Positions 46,050 through 59,520 of a stretch of 64,000 bases of DNA are shown piece by piece. Positions within the stretch are counted from its first letter, which is position 1. The number at the start of each line of letters is the position of its first letter. The notes beneath the pieces are model-generated. The model did not search any database and was not told where the DNA came from. It saw nothing but the letters and a program-made list of their open reading frames with translations. This DNA comes from Chiloscyllium plagiosum. Lineage: Eukaryota. The translations under genes were made by a program, and so were the position numbers. Location of the stretch: assembly GCF_004010195.1 (NCBI RefSeq), contig NC_057734.1, forward strand, positions 21,357,261-21,421,260. Direction: 5' to 3'.

Positions 46050-48500
46050 GGTTACCAACAATTATTGTTGTCAAGGATATGGGGATAGTGTAAGAGAGTG
46101 AAAATCAGTCATGATCTTATTGAATTCTGGAACAGGCTAAAGAAGTCGAATGGCCTACTTCATTCTTATAACTGAGTATGATACAAACATATGAAATAGG
46201 AATAGAAGATGGCCATTTGGCCACTCAGCACTACGCCACCATTCAATGAGATCATAACTCATCTGTTTGTTTTTCAAATTCCACATTCACTCCCAATAAT
46301 TCTTCATTCCCCTACTAACAAGAATTTATCCTCTCTTTGGCAAAGTTCCAAAGTCACATAACCTTCTGAGAGAAAAAAAATGCTCTTTATTTGACCCCTC
46401 ATTTTAGAACACTGCCCCCTATTTCAGGACAAATCTATAAGAGAAAACATCCTTTTCATATCTACCTTGTCAAAACCATTCAGAATCTGATACACTTCAA
46501 TCAAGTCAACCCTCACTGTTCTAAACTCCATTGGATAAGCCCAACCTGTTCAACTTCTCCTCAAAGACAATTCACTTATTCTGGATATCATTGTCAATTA
46601 CTTTACATCCTGCTTTAAATAGGGAAACCAAAATCGCACACAGTGCTTGTGATGTGGCATCACATCACTGAAGCATAGCATCCTTTTATGGTCAGTTCCT
46701 CTTGCAATAAATGATAGTATTCCATTCACCTTCTTGATTACATGCTGTCTCTATATACTAAAGTTTGTGACTCACGCAACATTTGTCTGCACTTCAGAAT
46801 TCTGCAGTCATTCTCAATTCAAATGATACTGTGCTTTTTTATTCTTCCTGCCAAAGTGAACAAATTCATATTTTCCCTCATCATACTCTAGCAGATTTTT
46901 ATCCACTCACCTAACCTATCTATTTCTACCTGCAACTTTCTTATATCTTCACAGTATATTTTCCTACCTACTTTGGTGTCCTCTGCAAATTTAGTTACCC
47001 TGCCTTTTCTCCCCAATCTAAATTATTGATGTAAATTGTAAAAAGTTGAGGCCCAGCAGACTTCTATAGGACTCTAGTTGTCACATTACATATCACAGAT
47101 AAAGATCCATTAATGTACACTGTTTTCTGCCAGCCAGTCTTCTTTCTGTGCTAGTATGCTACCCCCATACCATGAACCTTTACTTTCAATGATAACATTT
47201 GATGTGGTACCTTAGCAAATGTCTTCTGGAAATCCGCACATAGCAAGCAGGCTCTCCTTTTGCATAAACATGATTTCCCTTTGATTAAACCGAGCTGATT
47301 CTTTTTGATTACATTGAGCTTTTTGAAGTGTTCAGCTATAACCTCTCTGATGAGCATTTCAGCGCCTTCCCCATGATAGGTGTTTTTCCCTGGAGTATTG
47401 GAGGCTGAAGGGTGACCTTACAGAGGCTTGTCAAATCATGAGGGTGAATAACTAAGTTTTTTTTCCCAGGGTACGGAAGCCCAAAACACTGTTTCTGTGC
47501 TGTACATCACTGACTGTATGACTGTAGAGAGCACAGGTTTAAGGTGAGAAGGGAAACATTTAAAAGAGACATGAAGGGCAACTTTTTCACACAGAGGGAG
47601 GTGCGTGTATGGAATAAGCTGCCAGAGGAGTAAAAATACAATATTTAGAAGGGCATCTGGATGGGTACATGATTAGGAAGGGTTTAGAGGGAAATGGACC
47701 AAAATGTTGGCAAATGAGACCAGATCAATTTAGGATATCTGGTCAGCATGGACGTGTTGAACCGAAGGGTCTGTTTCTGTGCTGTACAATTTTATGACGC
47801 TGGCCTATAGTTTCCAGTTTCCTGTCTCTCTCCTTTCTTTAATAGAGAGATTATAGTTGCTACTTTCTCATCCATTGAAATCTTTCCTGAATTTTGGAAA
47901 ATGAATATTAAAGGTTCAACTGCCCCACGACCTTATAAGTGACCTCTTTTCCCTGGATAAAGACTACCAGAGACTTGTCAACGCACAGCTCCATCAGTTT
48001 GCTTAGTAACACTTACCTCATCATTGTAATTTCACCAAGTTCCTCTCTCCTTCCACCTCTTGATTTACAACATTTAATGGAATGTTTTATGTTTCCTCTG
48101 TTTGTTCATTTCAACTGTAATTTCCTTATTATCTACAATTAGCCCCCCATTCTAATTCTCTAGAGGATTAAAATTCACGTTCTCAATCCTTTAATTTTCA
48201 AATACCCACAGAAACTCTTACTGTCCAATTTTATATTCTTAGCTAGCTTCCTTACATATTCTAACTTTTTTCTCTTGATTAACCTTTTAGTCATTTTCTG
48301 CTATTAATTATATTCTGACCAGTCATCTAACTTGTCAGCCATCTTTGTGCAGTTCTTTTTGTTAAAGTTTGATGCTTTCCTTAACATTCTTAGTTAACTC
48401 GAGCTTCAATTTAGATATTTTCTTTATTGTAGGAATCAATGTCTATTACTGTGTTCCTATTTGCTATCTATTTCCTAGCTCAGAACTTCATTTAGCTCAG
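46050..48500. mobile_element. CR1 cluster: minus-strand RT remnant (46180-47380, resuming 47800-48500) interrupted by a plus-strand HER1 3' fragment (47380-47800)
   Basis: ORF 47151-47357 NQLGLIKGKSCL..ADFQKTFAKVPH (RT motif); the insert carries the aggaagggtttagaggg tail. Confidence 0.8.
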
Positions 48501-48774
48501 TTTTCATGCTCACATAGTCACCCTTGTTTAGGCTTAAACCACAGCTGTGGACCACTCCCAGTTGTGACTTTGTTCCCCAACTATTTCTCATTTCCACTGA
48601 AACTGAGTCCACATCCTGATGTCCTGAACCAAGGTCATTTCTATCACCCATTTTAAATCAACAGCCCAATAAAACCTAATTGCATTTTTCTGCGTGTCAG
48701 CTGTTTACATTTCTACTGGAAAATAATTGCTATTTTACTAGATGAATTTGCAGAAATATAATTGTGGAGCAAAC

Positions 48775-49085
48775 AGTGGCATAATGGTAATGTCACTAGA
48801 CTAGTCATCCATAGGTTTAGGCTATTGCTCTGAGGATACGGGATCAAATCTCACCACTGTAGCTTTTGGAATTTAAATTAGTAAACTATGAGTTTAAGTG
48901 TTAATATTTGTGACCATGAAGATATCATCAACTGTAATTAAAAACTGTCTGGTTAGTAATGAATCTGCCACCCTTGTCTGGTCTGGCCTATGTGTGACTG
49001 CAGGTCCACAGTAATATGGATGCCTTTTGGATCACTAATAAAATTAAGGGCAGTTAGCGATGGGAGACCAACAGCACTCGCGTTC
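48775..49085 (+). mobile_element. tRNA-headed SINE (family B), diverged
   Basis: gtggcataatggtaatgtcactagactag..gggatcaaatctcacc..tctggtctggcctatgtgtgact shared with 42869. Confidence 0.7.
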
Positions 49086-49149
49086 CATTAAAATATTACT
49101 TTCACATAATCATACATGAATTTTAAAAAAAATTTTGTCCCTCTCTCAG

Positions 49150-49309
49150 ATTACAGCAATTAAAACAGATGGGTTTTTCAACTGAAAAGGCTGTTTTAGC
49201 ATTGTCTGCTTCAGGAAAGATAGAAAGTGCCATTAACCTTCTAGTGGAAGACCAAGTTGGAGACGATGCTGTTGTGACAGCAGCCAAAGTGAAAACAACA
49301 TCCACGTGA
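49150..49309 (+). CDS. RHBDD3: RHBDD3 last coding exon (UBA domain)
   Basis: ctcag|A LQQLKQMGFSTEKAVLALSASGKIESAINLLVEDQVGDDAVVTAAKVKTTST*; MGF UBA motif. Confidence 0.95.
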
Positions 49310-49466
49310 TTATGATCGATACTGCTGGTTAATGTCCTCAGCAGAAGCAATTGACTTTACAGGCTCCTGAAAGATGACTTAATAATGGCCATATGATGCA
49401 ACTTTTGATTGGGTCGCAAAATGAAATATAAGCGTCGTTCAGTCCTTTTTTGTACATATACAGAAC

Positions 49467-49472
49467 AATAAA
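49467..49472 (+). terminator. Candidate RHBDD3 poly(A) signal AATAAA
   Basis: First AATAAA ~160 nt after the stop codon. Confidence 0.5.
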
Positions 49473-51645
49473 ATTATTCCTTACATTTTCAAGCCTAGTG
49501 GTCAATTTTTAATGGTATATTTCAGCATGATCAATAATACTTATACATATGTTGAAAGGGATAGTGGACAGATGGATATGGTTTCAAATCTGTTTTCCAT
49601 ACATCAGTGCCAAGTCCCAAGATGGCATGCTGCATGTAGAGTCAATTAAAGAGAAATACATCAGTTTTAGATAGCTAAACACTGAACTTGTACTTGCTGT
49701 CCCATTTGGAATTATATGAAATGTCATGAAGAATACAAACATATATAAAATTAATTCAAATGTGTTCCTAAAAAACAATCCAACAGCCTAACCAAATTTG
49801 GTCACATAAACAACTTTTAGTTTTTTTTGTCTTTACATAGCAATACGGTTTGTTATAAATGTAAAGAAAGGCATCAAAACAAATTGGTGAAAAGACTTAA
49901 TTTACCTTTTAATGAATATTTTTGACATACTTCTCATAGTTGGTATAAAACAGTGCTCTGTACATGAAAATAAGTAGCCCTTTCAGACAGTATATGAAAA
50001 CACAGTGGTACCAAAAGTTGTACATTGTAAATATACTTATTAATTGAATACTTTTGCTAGCAACCTGCATTAAAAGCCCTTAGACATGATAAATCTGCAA
50101 ATAAACAAATAGCAAACTGAGATCAGAAACATGTTGTCTTAATCATAGAGTCAAACACTGCACACTGAGCACCATTAAGACACACACAATTCAGTTACAG
50201 CCCAAAATGACTGTATTTGAAATGCTACCTTCAAGTACAAATTCCAAAATATCTGTACATAAATACTTAGTACATTTTCATGCTCTGCTGGTAAAATGTC
50301 CCATTTATTTTGATCTAGAATTTTAAGTAGCAGTCCTCTGTTGTCATGTGTATTAAATTGGATGTGCAATTAATCCACATTTTTTTGTCGATTTGCTATC
50401 TATTTTAGCATATATTCTTTAGAATTAAAGTATAAACTTCTAGTGAGATTTTTAAAATGTTTAGGAATTACTGGTATTTAATGTTCAAATTAATAGGAAA
50501 GGCAGTGTTCCTTCGGATTGATACCTTGAGTAATACACGGATCATCTCAATATGCTACGAAATAGAATTTCTAAATTATATTTCATCTGATCATCGAAAA
50601 ACAACAAATGGCTCACTTCAAGATTTGAACTACCATTCCTTACTGCTGTTAATAATAAAAGTAAATTGATCAGTAATGAAGCTCTAATATAATTTAAAGA
50701 GACAGGATCCCATTTATTAAACTTCTCCCAAACATTCATTCCAATTCTAAATGTATTCAAATGCAAACTGATGCCAGCTTTAGTTTATAAATGTCCAATG
50801 TGAGGGAGGTGGGCTACACAAGTGGACATTCCAATGCAACTATGCTATCTGCATAGTCTGTATTTCTTGATCATTGAAAACACTTGTTAAAAGTGAAAGA
50901 AAACTTTAAAAATCTAAATCTCTGTAATTGTTCATTCCCTTTGATCTAAAACTTGTTTACATTCCAATTAAGTAATCATTACTGGCAAGCCTACTTCAAA
51001 CCAAAAACACTAGTAAAAAGACCCTGAGTGCACAGAGATGTTAGATTCATAAACTGGAAGGGACTAATCTAACAAAGAGTCAATAATCTGTCATATATTG
51101 AGCAGGTAATCATTCCGGAGAGAACTGTATGCAAGGAAATGACCAAGGGACAGTGTCTCATTAAACATATTTTTCCAAGTAATGAAACTAATTTACCTTT
51201 TGAAATACAAAATTTAAACTGACAATAGTATGATTATACAGCATTTTAGAAAAAAGTAATTTACTTGTGATAGGAAGTAAATGCAAAGTAAACACTTTCA
51301 CAAATATAGAATAGTGGCTGCTTTATGAAATATTCACGAGAGGCTATGTTTATGAAAAAATACAGAATAGTCATCAAATGGTGAAACATTTTGTGATATC
51401 TATAGCAATACTCTGAGATTCCCATTAAGACAGCAGCCTAAAACACAAGTTATTTTCAGCACAAGTAGAGCTAAATGCTCGCAGTTGGACAAGGCAAATC
51501 AAGTTAGTCCACTGATGTATTACACACAGGACAAATGTTTTATGAACAGTTCCAGTGGTTTGGTAATCTGCTTACCCCAGTTTACCATATTGTTTCAAGA
51601 AGGCAACACAGAGTTTACATTTGTTGACATTTACATTGTTCATAA

Positions 51646-51776
51646 TCATTTCTCTTCGGTTTTATGTGCAAGCCTGTGAGAGATTATCTTGTAGGCTGCA
51701 AAGCTGCCTCGCTTGCCTCTGAAGAAATTTGGAGGTACAGTAGCGTAAGGATCTACTCCAGATCCATGATCAGGTT
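51646..51776 (-). CDS. EMID1: EMI domain-containing protein 1, last coding exon
   Basis: acag|(E)PDHGSGVDPYATVPPNFFRGKRGSFAAYKIISHRLAHKTEEK* resembles the EMID1 C-terminus EPELGSG...LLRGKRGG..YRIV; tail-to-tail with RHBDD3 as in human. Upstream exons not found in the window. Confidence 0.85.
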
Positions 51777-52479
51777 CTGTTATGATAAAGACAACATCGT
51801 AAGTTCAGTTGGATGGAAAATTCATTGTACTGTAAAATGTTATGTAATAATCTACCAGTAAAGATTAAAAGGCAAATAATTAACAAATTAAGTTATCTAT
51901 CATGTTTGCTTTGTTGAATCTTAGATTTATATTTTCTATTCCCTCAGTAGAATCTGAGGGAGTTATTTAGGGGAAATGCACTAGTTTGGATTGTCCATCT
52001 AGAATATTGACCTTCATAAGATAGCATTTTACGAACTGTAATTTAGTTGTCAGAATTTGACATGTGTGGCGTGGCAACCCTGGCAACATCCTTGTAAATG
52101 ACACTGTATGTATGCATTAATTTCAAATATCCCTCTCTAATATTTTAATTCTACTTTTTTTGATACAAATGGGTTAACATTCCAATTGAAATGGAGAAAA
52201 AAATTGCAATGAATGCAGAGTATTCTCAAGGTAACAGTAATCATGATCTTTTTCAGATTACCTTTAACATTTCGACAGTGGAATTACGATATCCATTCTC
52301 TGCAGCTTCATCACTTAGTCAGTTCCAAGCTTCTGGTGTTACACCAAGAATTTACGTTCAGCAAAGTGTGGAGAAATTACAGGAAAATACTGGCTGAGAT
52401 AGAAAGGGAAATTCCAGATTTTCCAATAATGGAGGGAAATTAGTCTAAAAAATTAAGGATCTAAAGATGTTACTCACTA

Positions 52480-54430
52480 CATAGAGTCATAGCGTCATAG
52501 AAATGTACAGCATGGAAACAGATGATTCGGTCCAACTTGTCCATGCTGACCAGATATCCAAAACTCAATCTAGTCCCAAATGCGAGCACCTAACCCATTT
52601 CCCTCCAAACCCTTCCTATTCATATACCCATCCAGATGCATTTTAAATGTTGCAATTCGTCTGGCAGCTCATTCCATACACGTACACCCTCTGTGTGAAA
52701 ACGTTGCCCCTTAGGTCTCTTTTATATCTTTACTCTCTCACCCTAAACCTAAGCCCTCTAGTTCTGGACTCCTCCACCCCAGGAAAAAAGACCTTGTCTA
52801 TTTATCCTATCCATGCCCTTCATGATTTTGTAAACCTCTATAAAGTCACCCTCAGCCTCCGACGCTCCAGGGAAAACAGCTCTAGCCTGTTCAACCTTTC
52901 TCTATAGCTCAAATCCTCAAACCATGGCAACATTCTTGTAAATCTTTTCTGAACCCTTTCAAGTTTCACAACATCATTCCGATAGGAAGGAGACCAGAAA
53001 TGCATGCAATATTCCAACAGTCATCTAACCAATGCCCTGTACAGCCGCAACATTACCTCCCAACTCTTGTACTCAGTGCTCTGACTAATAAAGGAAAGCA
53101 TAACAAATGCTGCCTTCACTATCCTATCTACCTGCGACTCTACTTTCAAGGAGCTTTGAACCTGCACTCCAAGGTCTCACTCCAAGGTCTCTTTGTTCAG
53201 CAACACTCCGTAGGACCTTCCCATTAAGTGTATAAGTCCTGCTAAGATTTGCTTTCGCAAAATGCAATACCTCACATTTATCTAAATTAAACTCGACCTG
53301 CTAATTCTCAGCCCATTAGCCCATCTGATTAAGATCCCATTGGAATCTGAGATAACCTTCTTCGTTATCCACTACACTTCCAATTTTGGTGTCATCTGCA
53401 AACTAACTAACTATACCTCTTTTGCTCACATCCAAATCATTTCTATAAATGATGAAAAGTAGTGGACTCAGCACCGATCCTTATGGCACTCCACCGGTCA
53501 CAAGCCTCCGGTCTGAAAAACAACCCTCCACCACCTCCCTCTGCCTTCTACCTTTGAGCCAGTTCTGTATCCAAATGGCTAGTTCTCCCTGTATTCCATG
53601 AGATCTAACCTTGCTAACCAGTCTCCCATGGGAACTTTGTTGAATGACTTACTGAAATCCACATAGATCACATCTACCACTCTGCCCTCATCAATCCTCT
53701 TTGTTACTTCTTCAAAAAACTCAATCACGATTGTGAGACATGGTTTCCAACACATAAAGCCATGTTGACTATTCCTAATCAGTCCTTGCCTTTCCAAATA
53801 CATGTACATCCTGTCCCTCAGGATTCCCTCCAACAACTTGCCCACCACTGAGGTCAGGCTCACCGGTCTATAGTTCCCTGGGTTGTCTTTACCACCTTTC
53901 TTAAACAGTGGCACCACGTTAGCTAACCTCCAGTCTTTTGGCACCTCACCTGTGACTATCAAATAACTCAGTAAGACGCCGAGCAATTACTTCCCTAGCT
54001 TCCCACAAGGTCTAGGGTACACCTGATCAGGTCCTAGTGATTTATCCACTTTTATGCGTTTCAAGACATCCAGCATTTCCTCATCTGTAATATGGACATT
54101 TTTCAGATCTATTTCCCTACATTCTATATCTTCCATATCCTTTTCCACAGTAAATACTGATACAAAATACTCATTTAGTATCCTCCCTCTTCTCCTGTGG
54201 CTCCACACAAAGGCCGCCTTGCTGATCTTTGAGGGGTCCTATTCTCTCCCGAATTACTCTTTTGTCCTTAATGTATTTCTAAAAACCCTTTGGATTCTCC
54301 TTAACTCTATTTGCCAAAGCTATTTCATGTCACTTTTTTGCTCTCCTGATTTCTCTCTTAAGTATACTCGTACGCCTTTATACACTTCTAAGGATTCACT
54401 TGATCTATCCTGACTATACCTGACATATGC
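52480..54430 (-). mobile_element. CR1/HER1 LINE, ~2-kb ORF2 remnant
   Basis: ORF 53579-53986 VPKDWRLANVVPLFKKGGKDNPGNYRPVSLTSVVGKLLE..QHGF..VDVIYVDFSKSF (RT N-terminus) plus 3' tail. Confidence 0.95.
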
Positions 54431-54431
54431 C

Positions 54432-54615
54432 CAAGTCCCTTCTCCCTACCTTTTAGCTTAGCCTGCTTGGCACACCCTCCTCATTCCTGAAGAAGGGCTT
54501 ATGCCCGAAACGTCGATTCTCCTTCTCCTTTGATGCTGCCTGACCTGCTGCGCTTTTCCAGCAACACATTTTTAAGCTCTGATCCCCAGCATCTGCAGTC
54601 CTCACTTTCTCCTAT
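54432..54615 (+). mobile_element. Penelope-derived short repeat carrying an intact hammerhead core
   Basis: Family tail gatgctgcctgacctgctg..ttttccagca..cagcatctgcagtcctcactttc; ctatacctgacatatg occurs on both flanks (54414, 54623). Confidence 0.8.
54487..54514 (+). ncRNA. Minimal type I hammerhead ribozyme core
   Basis: CUGAAGA-A-GGGC(UUAU)GCCC-GAAA-C-GUC: core, perfect stem II, palindromic ACGU helix III and GUC cleavage triplet. Confidence 0.72.
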
Positions 54616-56869
54616 ATGCCTTCTATACCTGACATATGTTTTAATGCACACAGAGAGAGGGAGAGAGAGGCGGGGCGGGGCAGGGGGAAGTCAAAGCAAC
54701 TAATTTCTCTTGGGTTGGTTTTCTAAATTATAATATAGAATTTTTATTGAAGAAAATTATAAGAAAATATTTTCAGATCGAAACTTAGGTTTAAGGATTT
54801 GGGAACCATCCAAAAAGTTTCAATGTAAATACTTTACCAAATTAGTCCTTTCTATCCACAATTTGATAGTTAACTTAAAAAGGAAGCTCTCTCAGTTTTA
54901 GTGTAGATATTAGCTTTTAGCAATTAACACTGTGGCACTAATTATTTTATATCAGAAAAAGTCCCTTGTGAATTAACTATGATCAGGTAAATTCAATAAT
55001 CTATTGCGATAAAAATAGAAATACTAGGAATACCAGCATGCGAAAAATAAATTGGTGAACAATTTTTGTGGGACATTAAAAAAGTAATCCAAGAAAATCT
55101 CTTAGAATTGGCCAGAACAAAGGGGTTGGATGTCAAATGTGTTAAAAATTGGTACAATAAGATTAATAACTTGAAACATGAACCTGTCTTTTGTTTTTCA
55201 AAAGTTGATATCCCCACTGTGTACTTTGAACAATTAGCTTTATTTCAGATTTTACTGATTTACTTCAGTTTAACTGCAAGCAATGTGAATCAAACTACTG
55301 GAACAAGAAGAGCAAATAATTGGTGGGTTGGGCCCAAAGAAATACTTTCTCCATGACAGGTGGCATAATCGGGACATCTCAGGGCCAACCCGTCCAATTA
55401 TTTGTACTTACAGCCAAATCTGAGGAGACAATTACTCCTCTGAACACATTACAAATGAAGTAAAATAAGACCAGTCCATATTTCGTGTCTTAAGGGGTTG
55501 TCATTTTAAAAGTAAACAGGATTAAAAACAGTTGTTGACCCCATGATTAAGAAATTGACTGATTAACTCCTGTTTTCCGGATGTCACAAATGCAGCATGA
55601 GTATATTTACAGGTAGGTTGCACAGCCTGTCTTATTGTTGCAGATGTGAACATCCAGCAGAAGTGTGCAGAGCCAGTTGTTCATCAACATGAAGGAAGCC
55701 TCCAATACTACTATTTAACAGGATAAACCACCTCTTGCAGGTTGATGTCCTCTGCCTGTTGCTACAAATCTTCAAGTGCTTGTTGCTTTGTGCAGTTATG
55801 TCAAGTTGGAGAAGTCTATTGGGAGTGATATGTGCTGAAGGATTTTGTTTACTAATTTTACAATATCTGCACAAAACAGTTAAAGATAGGATGCTTCTCA
55901 GCAGCTGGCTGTATCTGCCCACCATGTTTTGGAACTCGTTTTCCCACGTGAACCTGAGCCAGGAGCAATGTGTGAAATGTCAGCACTACTAAAGACATCT
56001 AGACTGCAATCTGCCACCTGCTAATGCCAAATACAAATCAGGACAAGACTGAACGCTACTAGCTTTGAGGATGGCCATGTGAATGAAGTTTTCTCTGTTT
56101 GGCTCATTGAGACTTGCAGCTGGGGATAATTACAACATCTTGCAGTTTGACATCCACTGTTAAGAAAGAGAGTTCACTCAGGCTCTCTATTCAAGGAAAG
56201 TTAGAATTACTTTCAGACTTGCCAGAGATAAGCAGATAGAGAAAGCATGCAGCTCTGGTAGGATTGCAGGCTGTTCAAGTTCCAGTATGCCATTGAATGG
56301 ACAAACATGCTTTACATGTGCCACATAGCAACTGTACCAAAAAAATCCATGAATGTGTCATCACAGTCATGCACAGTCTCCAATTTGCAGCAGTCCATTG
56401 AGTCAACTGCATTTGAACTACCATGGCAAATCAGAGGGTGATGAGGACTATTTGTTGATTATTCTAGTAAGGAACCCAGGTATGTGCATACTGAAAAGAC
56501 ACAAGAAGTCAAAGCTTTTTGTCTTGTGCTCATCAGGATAGGATGCAAGAAACAAAGATGAAAAATGGATTGCAATTTATACAGTGGGTGCTAATTGGTT
56601 GGGCAATTGTTGATATGGAGATGCAGCAGGAACATGACTGTCAATCTTAGTTCTCTGTCAGGCAGGTGGATTCTGATTGGTATTTCCATTGGAATGCAGC
56701 AGATTGGCAGTCTCTATGACCCTTCTCATTTTCAGCAACTAAAAAGGTGCAATGCATGTATGAATTCATTTTGAGACCATAAAACAGGGACCTGTGTTTA
56801 GAATCACATCTAATGTTGAACTCAGTGTTCTGAAACTTGCAAGCACATTCGTGCTTGGAGCCAGCTGTG

Positions 56870-58270
56870 AATGTTGTTTTGTATAGTCCATCAGTTATTG
56901 GACATGGCAACAGAACAGCACTAAAACTCATATATCACATTATTCTTGGTGTGATAAGCAAGACTGTTGTGTCCAGTTAGTGAAGAAAACCACTCAAGGA
57001 TTTTCTGTAAATGAACAGCATGAAAAGCTAGCTTCACCTGTTGTTCAAATTTATGAGACAGCTTTCCCTTTCACGTTAATCAGACTGGGATAGAGAACTT
57101 GGACATGAGCTTCTGTAACATACAGCAAATGTTGATTTCATCAGTGTAGCCATGTCTTTACAAAAATGAAGGAATCCTGCAAAGTCTATGTGGAAAACTT
57201 ATTCAAACTCGTTGTAACAGCTCACTCAATTATTTGGTAAATTTATGGCGTGTTGAGCTATTCAAGGATAAAGTAGGATATAATGGAATATTGCTTTTGT
57301 GATTTTAAGTAGGTCTTTCATTCATGAATGCAGTTACTCCACGGATTTGACCTTGGCGATTGGCATCAGTTCCCGAAGTTGCTGACATGCATGGACCCTC
57401 GGGGCCTGCACAGCTGGAAAGCAAATTAGAAGGAATGCTGGCAATAACCTAACAAAGTTAGGTGGACAGGCAGGTAGTACTGAGGAAGTGGGGAGGCTGC
57501 AGAAGGAACTAGACAGTTTGGAGGAGTCGTCCAGGAAATGGCTGATGGAATTCAATGTGAGCAAATGCGAGGTCTTGCACTTTGGAAAAAAGAATAGAAG
57601 CATGGACTACTTTCTAAACGGTGAGAAAATTCGTAAAGCCGAAGTACAGAGGGATCTGGGAGTGCTAGTTGAGGATTCTCTAAAGGTAAACATGCAGGTT
57701 GAGTCCGTGATTAAGAAAGCGAATGCAATGTTGTCAATTATCTCAAGAGGGTTGGAATATAAAGACTAGGACCCGTGGACACAGCCTTAGAATTAGAGGG
57801 GGTAAATTCAGAACAGAAATGCGGAGGCATTTCTTCAGCCAGAGAGTGGTGGGCCTGTGGAATTCATTGCCACAGAGTGCAGTGGAGGCTGGGACGCTAA
57901 ATGTCTTCAAGGCAGAAATTGATAAATTCTTGATGTCACAAGGAATTAAGGGCTACGGGTAGAATGCGGGTAAGTGGAGTTGAAATGCTCATCAGCCATG
58001 ATTGAATGGCGGAGTGGACTCGATGGGCTGAATGGCCTTACTTCCGCTCCTATGTCTTATGGTCTTAACCTGTGAGGATGAATCCACTATCTGTCTATAC
58101 CAAGCAGATGACCACCTTTACATGGTTCAAGAGCCTCTGCAACTTGCCAGTGTGGCTGTATGGCCAAGTGTCATGGTGCATCCTACAGATATAACCTTGG
58201 AATGATCATTGAGCACAGAATGCATTTTGTTCATATGAGTGCTCCAGTCCCCTTGCCAGGTTTAGGTATA
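56870..58270 (+). mobile_element. Possible very decayed Harbinger transposase (split by CR1 at 57440-58070)
   Basis: Scattered resemblance to Harbinger motifs (GNRTAL; ID..VA; LV..H; TW..PL.N; IE). Weak alone; supported by the convergent Myb/SANT remnant. Confidence 0.3.
57440..58070 (+). mobile_element. CR1 LINE ORF2 3' fragment with internal deletion
   Basis: WLMEFNVSKCEVLHFG..RDLGV..; TRGHSLRIRGGKFRTEMRRHFFSQRVVGLWNSLP; ctcctatgtcttatggtctt tail. Confidence 0.93.
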
Positions 58271-58924
58271 TGCATATCAGATTCAGTAAAACATTTGCAT
58301 TGCAAATGAAAGTCTGTTCATTCATTAGGTGTTCCAGAACTGTCACGTACATTCAGGGCCTAGCATCCTTGTTGGATGCTGGTTTGTGATGAGTTAGAAT
58401 TTTAATTTAGCAAGTATCCCCTCCTGTTTAATGTGAAGTTAGTTGTCTTATGCTGCTACTTTCTCCATCGCAAAATAGCATCATTGGCCCATCAACTACT
58501 GCAACATGGTTGGGTTTGCAAGTATGTCAGCACTTCCATGCTGGAGAAGAGGCTCCAGTTTCTGCACAAAGCCCAGAGTAAGGTTGGTGCTACATTTTTC
58601 CATACTCTTTGGCACTGACTGTTGGCCTTCTGGTAGACTTCCTAATGCATCAAGCATTTTGCTACAAATGTCCATCCGCATGTCTCATTGAAGCCCTGGT
58701 CCAAGGTAGTGGAATCCGTGTGTGTTCAATGCTCTGGCAAGCTGGAGCTTGTGCTATTCTTACCCTCTGTGTTTGCTGCAGGCCACTTCTTCCTGATCTC
58801 TCAGCAAGCGCAGATCCCAAAATATTCCCTTAAGATACATGTACTATCAGTATTTAAGGTGGTGGCTAGGTGTCAAATCCAAGTGAAGGTGATGCAATTT
58901 TTTTCCAAGCTCTTCCACTGTGCA

Positions 58925-59487
58925 GCTGGTTGCAACTATACAAAAAGCTGGTGCGGCCACACTTGGAATATTGTGTACAGTTCTGGTCCCCATCTTTCAG
59001 GAAGGATGTGGAAGCATCGGAAAAGGTGCAGAGGAGATTTACCAGGATGTTGCCTGGTCTAGAGGGAAGGTCTTATGAGGAAAGGCTGAGAGACCTGAAC
59101 CTGTTCTAATTGGCAAGAAGAAGGCTAAGAGGGGATTTGATAGAGACATACAAGATGATCAGAGGATTAGATCGGGTAGACAGTGAAAGTCTTTTTCCTA
59201 GGATGATGATGTCAGTGTGTACAAGGGGGCATAACTACAAATTGAGGGGTGATAGATTTAAGACAGATGTCAGAGGCAGGTTCTTTACGCAGAGAGTGGT
59301 ATGGGCGTGGAATGCCCTACCTTCTAATGTAGTCAACCCAGCCACATTAGGGAGATTTAAACAATCCTTAGATAAGCACATGGATGATTTTGGGATAGTG
59401 TCGGGGGATGAGCTGAGAATAGTTCACAGGTTGGCGCAACATCGAGGGTCGAAGGGCCTGTTCTGCGCTGTATTGTTGTATGTTCTA
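58925..59487 (+). mobile_element. CR1 LINE ORF2 3' fragment
   Basis: [48 protein letters not shown]. Confidence 0.95.

Positions 59488-59513
<26 letters not shown>
59488..59513 (+). repeat. (GT)n microsatellite
   Basis: About 13 GT units directly after the LINE tail. Confidence 0.9.

Positions 59514-59520
<7 letters not shown>

Noticed and set aside
52191-52443. ORFs with splice-like signals near the EMID1 last exon
   Set aside because: No similarity to EMID1 or any family I recognise on either strand.
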